From positions 30,001 to 62,000 of the forward strand of contig CP178758.1 in the NCBI GenBank assembly GCA_047651235.1: a stretch of DNA of 32,000 nt. Reading direction: 5' to 3'. Position 1 is the stretch's first letter. Every line of letters starts with the position of its first letter. The notes below the pieces were generated by a model. The model was given only the letters and a program-made list of their open reading frames with translations. It was not told where the DNA came from and made no database searches. Position numbers and translations under genes: made by a program. This document shows positions 17,676 to 24,251 of the stretch, in pieces. The DNA comes from Candidatus Electrothrix yaqonensis (GTDB lineage Bacteria; Desulfobacterota; Desulfobulbia; Desulfobulbales; Desulfobulbaceae).

Positions 17676-17777
17676 AGTTCGTCTCCTTATTAAGGCTTTT
17701 GGAAAGTGATTAAACAAATGCTCTCGATGTGAAAACTAAATAGTATGCATAGGCCTCACCTCCTTTTCTTTATTGAT

Positions 17778-17960
17778 GCTAATGCCGAGTTGACCGTAAT
17801 TTTCCTGGTATAATGGCCGCTTGCGGTTGATTATACCAGGAAAATTTCGAGTCCAACGTTTGGTTCCGAAGGCGCGCAGCGCCGCAGGAATCAAATGTTG
17901 GGCCGGTACGGTCAACTCGGCATTCCAAAGGCGTGGCCCGAAGGGGCGCGCCTTTGGAAC
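17778..17960 (-). repeat. 183 bp structured ORF-less element, copy 1, inserted in attC 5
   Basis: I found no differences from 20306-20488 when comparing by eye. It splits GCTAA|C of attC 5. It contains a 16 bp long-range stem (aatgccgagttgaccg / cggtcaactcggcatt), a perfect 17 bp AT-rich hairpin, a 15 bp hairpin and a 9 bp GC hairpin. Confidence 0.9.
17830..17856 (-). promoter_or_regulatory. candidate extended -10 promoter inside element copy 1, facing the peptide/rSAM cassette
   Basis: On the minus strand: TTGGAC(17856-17851), a 15 nt spacer, then TGGTATAAT(17838-17830). A mirror TGGTATAAT lies on the plus strand at 17806-17814. Confidence 0.35.
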
Positions 17961-18051
17961 GCCACACATCACCGGCAGCAAAAAGTAGTGTGGCTGTAGC
18001 GAAGCGTAAGCCGCGCTGCTTTTTGCTGTCCGAGTGAATGTGATTGTTAGC
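17960..18051 (-). repeat. attC site 5 (its GCTAA half-core is displaced to 17778-17782 by the 183 bp element)
   Basis: c gccacacatcaccggcagcaaaaag ... gctgctttttgctgtccgagtgaatgtgatt GTTAGC(18046-18051). The TAA stop of the 115 aa ORF lies inside the core. Confidence 0.8.
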
Positions 18052-18394
18052 TTTTATCTTTCTCAACTACAGCTATATGTGCAGGTGGGCGAGTTCTTGA
18101 CATAGGCTGTAACGTTGGTTGTGTAGGTTGTGGCGTTCCAGGAGCCGCTCCGCCTCCAACCAGAATTACTACAGATGGAGTAAACCCGGGTATTTGAACA
18201 GGTGTACCTTGTTGTGGGACAAACGCAGAAGCATCATAGCTTTGAACTGATGGTTGTGTTCCTCCAATTTCCACTTCTACATCTTTTCTTGAACCATCAT
18301 CCAGCTCTAATTGAGTTCGAATTACTTCTCCAGTTTGATTATCAACCGTCAATACATATGTTGTCACATTCGATTTTTCTTCTTTCTTGCTCAT
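18047..18394 (-). CDS. hypothetical 115 aa protein with a Pro/Gln/Thr/Gly-rich C-terminal half (possible large precursor or substrate protein)
   Basis: RBS GGAGG precedes the ATG at 18394 (MSKKEEKSNVTTYVLTVDNQTGEVIRTQLELDDGSRKDVEVEIGGTQPSVQSYDASAFVPQQGTPVQIPGFTPSVVILVGGGAAPGTPQPTQPTLQPM...). The stop is embedded in the attC 5 core. The gene overlaps the upstream rSAM gene by 53 nt. Confidence 0.6.
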   Translation of the reverse strand: MSKKEEKSNVTTYVLTVDNQTGEVIRTQLELDDGSRKDVEVEIGGTQPSVQSYDASAFVPQQGTPVQIPGFTPSVVILVGGGAAPGTPQPTQPTLQPMSRTRPPAHIAVVEKDKS

Positions 18395-20282
18395 TGCAAA
18401 CCTCCATTTGGATTGTGGGGAAATTAGAAAATATTTTGGATAGAATTGCGTCCCCAATTATGAGCAAACCTATCCACTTTGAACCTGCTTCTATTACCAA
18501 GTTGGATTCTTTTAGCTGTTTTAAAAACCTATTCAAATGAAACTGCTGTATGTTTCTTTTATTTAATTCTTTAGCCAGAGAACTAAGGCTGATAGGCTTG
18601 TCTAGAAGCGCTAAGATAATAGACTCCTCATCACTAAAGTAATGATATCTCTTTTTTGAAATAATTCTTTCATCTACAACAATAGAGGTAGAATCCTTAT
18701 AAGTAAGGAACTCAAGCCTTGGCCTTTTATGTGAGTAATGTTTCCATTGCTGACAAGCGCTTACTAATGACTTGCTTTTTCGGTTTAGATTAAACCCTTC
18801 GCTGTAATCAAACTCAAAATAATAAGCAATATTATTGATTTCTTCTTCCGTTAACCTGTATACCTCTTTATATGTTTTCATAGGGCGAATATTTAGAAAT
18901 CCATGCTGATCAGGGCTGGTAAAGTTTGGACTAAAACGATCAAGACGAACTGCCGCGGTAGCTTGCGGTGGTTCTAAGTGATGAATATTCCAGACAACAT
19001 CCGTTTGAAATTGATAACTACTCTCATTTTCATTAGGAAATCCAAATAATAAGTTCCAAGCAATACCAACACCGTATTGTTTTGCCCATTTCAACAATGC
19101 AATATTTTGCGCTCCAGACACTCCCTTCCCAATCAATTTTAATGTGTCATCAGAGAAACTCTCGATCCCTGGTTGAATTGAAATTACCCCTGCTTCTTTA
19201 AGTTTTTTAACGTCACTTCGCTTGATATTAGACTTAGTTTCAAAGAAGATTTGTATATCATGTGGGATGTGGGATAATTCCTTGATAAAAGTTTTAAAAT
19301 ACTGATGATCAATAATGTTATCCGTAAAGTCTATTTTTTTTACATCATATTTTTTCGATAGAGCAAGTAACTCATAAAGCGCTCTATTTGGCGACTTTCT
19401 CCTATAGGACATAGTCCTTCCGTTTAGGCCACAAAATGTACAGTGACTTTTCTGGCCCCACCAACAACCTCGGGATGATTCAATAAATATTCCTTTTCGA
19501 CCTGACAAAGAATAATTTAGGTTTTTTACATAGTTAAAATAATCATCAAAATCTGGATAAGGAAGGCTGTCTAAATTCTCAGTTAAGTCATATGGTGAAT
19601 TGATAAAAATCTTCCCATTCTTTCGTATGGAAAAACCATTAGTTTCTTCTTCACAGTTATGTATTTTTCTTCTAAGGAGCTCTGGAAAAGAAGAGTCGGC
19701 CTCACAGGTCGATACGTAATCGATATGGTTAAAGCTCTTCAATAGTTGGCTCCCCATTTCCGATTCACAATTTGCACCACCAAAACATATCGAAATAGAG
19801 GGGAAATTATTTTTTATCTCTCTCGATAAGTAGAGACTAGGAAATGTTTGTTCGAAAGTATTTGTAAAACCTACCACGCCATATTTAAACCACGGCGCCG
19901 ACTTTAGACATAGCGAGATAAAATGATTAACTACCCCTCGAATGTCAATAACTGCGTCAAGAAGATGCTTAGGCATAGGCCAGCCACTTTCTAAAAGAAA
20001 GTTGTCGATATATGAAAAATCCGACTTGGAGAGCTCATAATATTCTGATGAGAAGACCCACTCTCCTAGTAACAGGTCATTTGGCACTACAAACCCATCA
20101 ATTTCCAAAGTGCCACACATGAATTCATAACGTTCCGAAGATATTAATTTGGCAAACAGAACATTGAAGTCAAAAATGTCAACATTATGACCTTCATTTT
20201 CCAGAATTGATTTTAGAAGCCCCAAGGCCAGAGATGGTCTTTCAGCTGAAGAGAACGGCATATTTATTAATGCAACATTCAT
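18342..20282 (-). CDS. B12-binding radical SAM enzyme of the RiPP-maturation type (TIGR03975-like), with a C-terminal winged-helix/RRE-like region
   Basis: MNVALINMPFSSAERPSLALGLLKSILENEGHNV..., GEWVFS and SSRGCWWGQKSHCTFCGLNG (C-x7-C-x2-C) match my memory of the rSAM_ocin_1 family. The C-terminal FSDEESIILALLDKPISLSSLAKELNK...FLKQLKESNLVIE looks like a PqqD/RRE-type wHTH. Confidence 0.8.
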   Translation of the reverse strand: MNVALINMPFSSAERPSLALGLLKSILENEGHNVDIFDFNVLFAKLISSERYEFMCGTLEIDGFVVPNDLLLGEWVFSSEYYELSKSDFSYIDNFLLESGWPMPKHLLDAVIDIRGVVNHFISLCLKSAPWFKYGVVGFTNTFEQTFPSLYLSREIKNNFPSISICFGGANCESEMGSQLLKSFNHIDYVSTCEADSSFPELLRRKIHNCEEETNGFSIRKNGKIFINSPYDLTENLDSLPYPDFDDYFNYVKNLNYSLSGRKGIFIESSRGCWWGQKSHCTFCGLNGRTMSYRRKSPNRALYELLALSKKYDVKKIDFTDNIIDHQYFKTFIKELSHIPHDIQIFFETKSNIKRSDVKKLKEAGVISIQPGIESFSDDTLKLIGKGVSGAQNIALLKWAKQYGVGIAWNLLFGFPNENESSYQFQTDVVWNIHHLEPPQATAAVRLDRFSPNFTSPDQHGFLNIRPMKTYKEVYRLTEEEINNIAYYFEFDYSEGFNLNRKSKSLVSACQQWKHYSHKRPRLEFLTYKDSTSIVVDERIISKKRYHYFSDEESIILALLDKPISLSSLAKELNKRNIQQFHLNRFLKQLKESNLVIEAGSKWIGLLIIGDAILSKIFSNFPTIQMEVCNEQERRKIECDNICIDG

Positions 20283-20305
20283 TTATGGCTCCTGTCTCAT
20301 TTAAA

Positions 20306-20488
20306 GCTAATGCCGAGTTGACCGTAATTTTCCTGGTATAATGGCCGCTTGCGGTTGATTATACCAGGAAAATTTCGAGTCCAACGTTTGGTTCCGAAGG
20401 CGCGCAGCGCCGCAGGAATCAAATGTTGGGCCGGTACGGTCAACTCGGCATTCCAAAGGCGTGGCCCGAAGGGGCGCGCCTTTGGAAC
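20306..20488 (-). repeat. 183 bp structured ORF-less element, copy 2, at the promoter-proximal end of the array
   Basis: No differences from 17778-17960 by eye. It is flanked by GCTAA| and |C, so removing it restores GCTAAC (GGTTAGC on the cassette strand). Confidence 0.9.
20358..20384 (-). promoter_or_regulatory. candidate extended -10 promoter inside element copy 2, facing the rSAM gene at 20282
   Basis: Same sequence as 17830-17856. TGGTATAAT lies about 75 nt upstream of the ATG at 20282. Confidence 0.35.
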
Positions 20489-20765
20489 CATTGATTATCA
20501 GAGAATCAGTCCTTATAGTCACCGAAACCTGATATTCTCAGGGAGAAATACCCTGAGATTCGACTTATCAGTATATTTTCCCAGATAACTTGAATTCTTT
20601 ACTGTTATCTGATAATATATTCCTGAATAATTTATTATCAGAGCACCATTATCTGTCTCTAAACGCATCTTTCAGATATGTCAAGAGAAAACACAAGAGG
20701 AATGAAATATCGGGAAAAGATGGGAAAAATGAGCTGATCATACGTTACTGATTTTAATTTCCGTC

Positions 20766-21395
20766 TCATCCTTTCTTTTCATCAATTCCCCGGTTCGCCA
20801 GTTCGTCCGCCCGTTTGTTCTGTTCCCTGGGCACATGGGCGACGGACCAGTCCTGCAGCCCGGCAAGCAGCTGCTTCACTTCCAGAAACAGGGGCTTGAG
20901 GGCTGCGTTCTTGACTTTGTACTGCCCCTGAATCTGCCGGACAATGAGCTGGGAATCAAGAAAGATTTCCAGGTGGCTGCAGCCCAGTTCCAGTGCGGAC
21001 TGCAGGCCGAGGCGCAGGGCCTTGTACTCGGCCACATTATTTGTGCATTGGCCGAGATAGAGCGACCGGACGGCCAGTTCCTGTCCTGCGGTATCCAGCA
21101 GTACAGACCCGGCTCCGGCCTCTCCGGGATTGCCTCTGGAAGCACCATCGGTGAACAGCCTGCAGGAAAGCGCGGAACCGGTGGAAATGCCGCTGAGTTT
21201 TTTCTGCTGTGCCTGTGCAGGCTCGATTTGTTCGATTAATTTCTCTTTTCCGTACAGAACAGCCCGCACGTTAGCCGGGGAATACGCAGGAAAGAGCTGC
21301 TCCAGAGTGCTGTCCGGCAGCTGCTCCGCCAGCACAGCCAGGACAGCGGCCCTGTTCATGCTGTTCATGCCGCGCTCATGCTTCTGCTTCATCAT
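20766..21395 (-). CDS. RNase HI-family (RNase H type 1 / RVT_3-like) protein with an N-terminal extension
   Basis: LFTDGASRGNPGEAGAGSVL...NNVAEYKALRLGL...LDSQLIV...REQNKRADELAN carries the RNase H DEDD-type motifs. The exact start is uncertain, since the ORF overlaps the upstream gene. Confidence 0.85.
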   Translation of the reverse strand: MMKQKHERGMNSMNRAAVLAVLAEQLPDSTLEQLFPAYSPANVRAVLYGKEKLIEQIEPAQAQQKKLSGISTGSALSCRLFTDGASRGNPGEAGAGSVLLDTAGQELAVRSLYLGQCTNNVAEYKALRLGLQSALELGCSHLEIFLDSQLIVRQIQGQYKVKNAALKPLFLEVKQLLAGLQDWSVAHVPREQNKRADELANRGIDEKKG

Positions 21396-22104
21396 CTTCC
21401 GGCGGCAGATAATACAGGGTGCGCTGGCAGGTCGGGCAGGTATGTATCTGCTCGCCCAGGCGGATCTCGTTGTATTGCTGCGGCGGAATGGTCATAAAAC
21501 ATCCCTGACAGACAGCATCAATCACCTGGACAACCGCAAGGCCGTTGCGCCGCTGCAGCACCTTGTTATACCGTTTCATCCTGGAGGCCGGAACCTCTCC
21601 GGCAAGTTTCTCGCGTTTTCCCTGCACTGCCAGACGTCGGCCGTTGAGTTTTTCAATCTCCTTCTCAACCTCGGTAGTTGCCTCGGCCAGCAGTTTCTTT
21701 TCTCCGGTGCAGAGATTCTCCAGCTCAGCTGCTTTGATCTCTTCCGCCTCCACCTGCTCCATAGCCTGGAGCAACTGTTCCTCGCTCTCCTTGATCACCT
21801 TTTTGGCGTCTTCGATCTCTTTGAGTAAAGCCTGGTGCTCCCGACTGGTCTGCACCTGCATCATCTTGCCCTGACGCTCTTTAATCCGTTCTGCAGCATC
21901 TTCACTGGCCGCCTTGATATCACGCTGGCTCTGCTCAAGTTCCGTTGCTTTTTCCCTGCACTGAGCAGCAAGCGTTTCCTTTTCGGCAATCGCCTGCTCG
22001 CGTTCTGTCAGTTCCTGCCGTTTCTGTTCGATCTTCCGATCAAATTCGGCAAGTTCCGTATCGAATTCCTGCAGGGTGATAAGCACGCTGATATCTTCTT
22101 TCAA
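21376..22104 (-). CDS. COG1579-type coiled-coil protein with a C4 zinc ribbon
   Basis: A long coiled coil is followed by CQGCFMTIPPQ...HTCPTCQRTLYY. Its position between Nif3 and RNase H genes is a commonly seen arrangement. Confidence 0.85.
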   Translation of the reverse strand: MKEDISVLITLQEFDTELAEFDRKIEQKRQELTEREQAIAEKETLAAQCREKATELEQSQRDIKAASEDAAERIKERQGKMMQVQTSREHQALLKEIEDAKKVIKESEEQLLQAMEQVEAEEIKAAELENLCTGEKKLLAEATTEVEKEIEKLNGRRLAVQGKREKLAGEVPASRMKRYNKVLQRRNGLAVVQVIDAVCQGCFMTIPPQQYNEIRLGEQIHTCPTCQRTLYYLPPEDDEAEA

Positions 22105-22245
22105 TGTATACTCCTCATCTTGTTGATCAACTGTCTTTTTTGGGGCCGAGATGCATTCGGCGTGTCAACTCGCTTCTTCTTTTTTGTTCGGGATAAAAAA
22201 TACCCTTTTGCACAATGTCTGCATAATTCGACTGACTCCTTCCTG

Positions 22246-23064
22246 TCAGTTTCTTTTTCCTGCCAATCTGAGGGGAGGTTCTTGGCAGGCGCAGTGCACT
22301 GCCACCTCCATGTCCACCTGCTGCAGTCTGTTGCTAAGCAGCCGGGCCAGTCCCTGGACCGCAGGATATTCCGTGGCAAAATGGCCGCCGTCGATGAGCC
22401 AGAACCCGGCCTCTTCTGCCCAGCAGGCAATGTTATGTTTGATCTCGGCGGTAAGAAACACATCTGCTCCGGCTGTCAAGGCGGTCTCCGAAATATCGGA
22501 ACAGGAGCCGCCGCAGACAGCAACCCTGGTTACCTGCTCAGGATGCGGCCCGGCCTCCAGCAGCCAGGGCGGTGAAAGAACTTCGTGAACTTTGGCAAGA
22601 AAATCCTCCGGCAGGACAGGGTCCGGCAGAACGCCTATCCGTCCCAGACCGCACGGCGCTGCACAGCTCTCCGACTTTTCCGGCAGCAGGGGCGTGGTAT
22701 TCTGCAGTCCGAGCAGCTCTGCCAGCACATCATTGACCCCGCCGCAGGCAGCATCAAAATTGGTGTGGCAGCCGACCACATTGATCCCGGCCCGGACAGC
22801 GGCAGCAAGAAACCTGCCATCAGGGCGGTCAGTGCGCAGGCTTTTCAGAGGACGGAAAATGGCGGGGTGATGGGTGATGATCAGTTCGGCACCGCAACGC
22901 TGTGCCTCGGCAAGCAGAGGCACAAGGGGATCAAGGGCAAGCAGCACCGAAGAGATCCGGTCATCCGGATTGCCGACAAGCAGACCGACATTGTCCCATG
23001 TCTCAGCGAGGCCATCCGGTGCGATATTCTGAAGAATGTTAAGCAGATCCTGAATTTTTGCCAC
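22246..23064 (-). CDS. Nif3-like dinuclear metal centre protein (YbgI/GTP cyclohydrolase 1 type 2 homologue)
   Basis: IQDLLNILQNIAPDGLAETWDNVGLLVG, ITHHP and GHFATE motifs are present. The probable GTG start is at 23064; the ORF-track start is 23094. Confidence 0.88.
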   Translation of the reverse strand: MAKIQDLLNILQNIAPDGLAETWDNVGLLVGNPDDRISSVLLALDPLVPLLAEAQRCGAELIITHHPAIFRPLKSLRTDRPDGRFLAAAVRAGINVVGCHTNFDAACGGVNDVLAELLGLQNTTPLLPEKSESCAAPCGLGRIGVLPDPVLPEDFLAKVHEVLSPPWLLEAGPHPEQVTRVAVCGGSCSDISETALTAGADVFLTAEIKHNIACWAEEAGFWLIDGGHFATEYPAVQGLARLLSNRLQQVDMEVAVHCACQEPPLRLAGKRN

Positions 23065-23290
23065 AATACAAAGAAAAAGAGGCACAACCCGCAAAGGGTG
23101 TACCTCTTGTCCTAACGTTTAGTCTATACCGCTCTGCCGCAGAAACTTACGGTGCAGGCGGGCATTTTCGCGCAATGTATTCGGAGTCAACAGACGGCTG
23201 TACACAAATTATTTAATCAAAATACAACGCAGGCAGAAACCTCCGCTGCACAGTTATCCGGCACGTCAAAGAAATAGAGAAATAAAAAAT

Positions 23291-23367
23291 TGGTGGGCCT
23301 ACTTGGACTCGAACCAAGGACCTACCGGTTATGAGCCGGTGGCTCTAGCCAGCTGAGCTATAGGCCC
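23291..23367 (-). tRNA. tRNA-Met (anticodon CAT); a lysidine-modified tRNA-Ile2 cannot be excluded
   Basis: Minus strand: GGGCCTATAGCTCAGCTGGCTAGAGCCACCGGCTCATAACCGGTAGGTCCTTGGTTCGAGTCCAAGTAGGCCCACCA. It is a 77 nt cloverleaf with a 7 bp acceptor stem, GTTCGAGTC T-loop and encoded CCA. The anticodon stem is not of the initiator type. Confidence 0.93.
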
Positions 23368-23492
23368 CCAATTTTCTCGAACCATATATTATTACAAGCA
23401 ACGCTGTTTTGGTCAATAAAAAACGACAGCATTCCGGAAAAAGCCCCCTGCAGCAATCCGGTCAGTTCTGACCGCTTCTGATATACGCGGAG

Positions 23493-24248
23493 TTACAGCA
23501 CCAGCTTCAGCACCACAAAACCACCAACCAGCAGGACAATAAAGGCTATAGAGAGCAGATTGAAATATCGGTCGATAAAACGCCGGGCAGGATCGCCCCA
23601 TTTATACAGCAGCCAGGCCACAATAAAAAAACGGAAGGCTCTGGACAGCACTGAGGCGAGCAGAAAAACAGGCAGGTTGACACGGGCCACCCCGGCGGTG
23701 ATGGTCACCAGCTTATAGGGCAGGGGGGTCAGGCCGAAAATAAAGACAATCCAGGCATTCCAGTGATCGTAGACCTGAAACAGATATTCACCGCCCAGCG
23801 AACTGCCCATGCCCTTGATAAGATAGGCCGGAAGCGCGATATCCATGCGCCCGTTGACTTCCGTCAGCGACATATGGGCGATATGTTCAACTATCCACTG
23901 TCCGACTGTTTCCCAGCCGAACACCCCGATTCCGTACCCGGCCAGCCCGCCGACCACTGAAGCTGCAGTGCACCAGAAGGCAAATTTGTACCAGCGGCCT
24001 GTTGCTCCCAGCACTAGGGCGACAAGCAGGACATCCGGCGGAATAGGGAAAAAACTTGATTCAGCAAAGGAGATAAGGACAAGAGCATGCAGACCGTAGG
24101 GGCTGTCTGCCCAGCCGAGCATCCAGTCGTACAAGCGGCGCATCAGGCCGGGCTTCTTTTTTCCGCTGCCGGACTGTCTATAATGCTCGGAGTGCTGCTC
24201 CGACACCTCTTTTTCTTCTTCCTGTATAGTATTTTCTGTATTTCCCAT
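23493..24248 (-). CDS. YqaA/DedA-family (SNARE-associated) membrane protein
   Basis: YGLHALVLISFAESSFFPIPPDVLLVAL is a typical YqaA motif, and there are multiple TM segments. Confidence 0.8.
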   Translation of the reverse strand: MGNTENTIQEEEKEVSEQHSEHYRQSGSGKKKPGLMRRLYDWMLGWADSPYGLHALVLISFAESSFFPIPPDVLLVALVLGATGRWYKFAFWCTAASVVGGLAGYGIGVFGWETVGQWIVEHIAHMSLTEVNGRMDIALPAYLIKGMGSSLGGEYLFQVYDHWNAWIVFIFGLTPLPYKLVTITAGVARVNLPVFLLASVLSRAFRFFIVAWLLYKWGDPARRFIDRYFNLLSIAFIVLLVGGFVVLKLVL

Positions 24249-24251
24249 ATG

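Larger units (their letters stand above)
11786..20488 (-). mobile_element. integron gene-cassette array with no integrase gene in the window (CALIN-like)
   Basis: Five attC-like imperfect palindromes (GCTAAC/CATAAC ... GTTAGC/GTTATG, 71-97 bp) bracket tightly packed, co-oriented minus-strand ORFs. Stop codons lie inside or next to the inverse core (AGC TAA C). There is a sharp drop in GC relative to both flanks. No tyrosine recombinase ORF lies on either side. Confidence 0.8.

Noticed and set aside
17790-17814. A plus-strand TTGACC ... TATAAT pair inside the 183 bp element, considered as a sigma-70 promoter.
   Set aside because: The spacer is only 13 nt, so the -35 assignment fails. Only the extended -10 (TGGTATAAT) is retained as a hypothesis.
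11786-18051. Regularly recurring palindromic repeats that might suggest a CRISPR array.
   Set aside because: The repeats are 71-97 bp imperfect palindromes with differing sequences. They are separated by 0.6-2.6 kb ORF-containing segments, and their core boxes are GCTAAC/GTTAGC. This fits attC sites, not CRISPR repeats. No cas genes are present.
17736-18066. ORFs of 64-95 aa (17736-17981, 17779-18066, 20297-20491, 20307-20522, 20349-20588) lying in the 183 bp repeats.
   Set aside because: They are read-throughs of the structured repeat and attC DNA. They appear in several frames and on both strands, have no RBS, and their duplication simply reflects the DNA repeat.
20766-23094. The Nif3 / COG1579 zinc-ribbon / RNase H-like gene trio, considered as something unusual next to the array.
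   Set aside because: This trio is a commonly conserved housekeeping arrangement. Its GC content matches the core genome, and it merely forms the right flank of the insertion.
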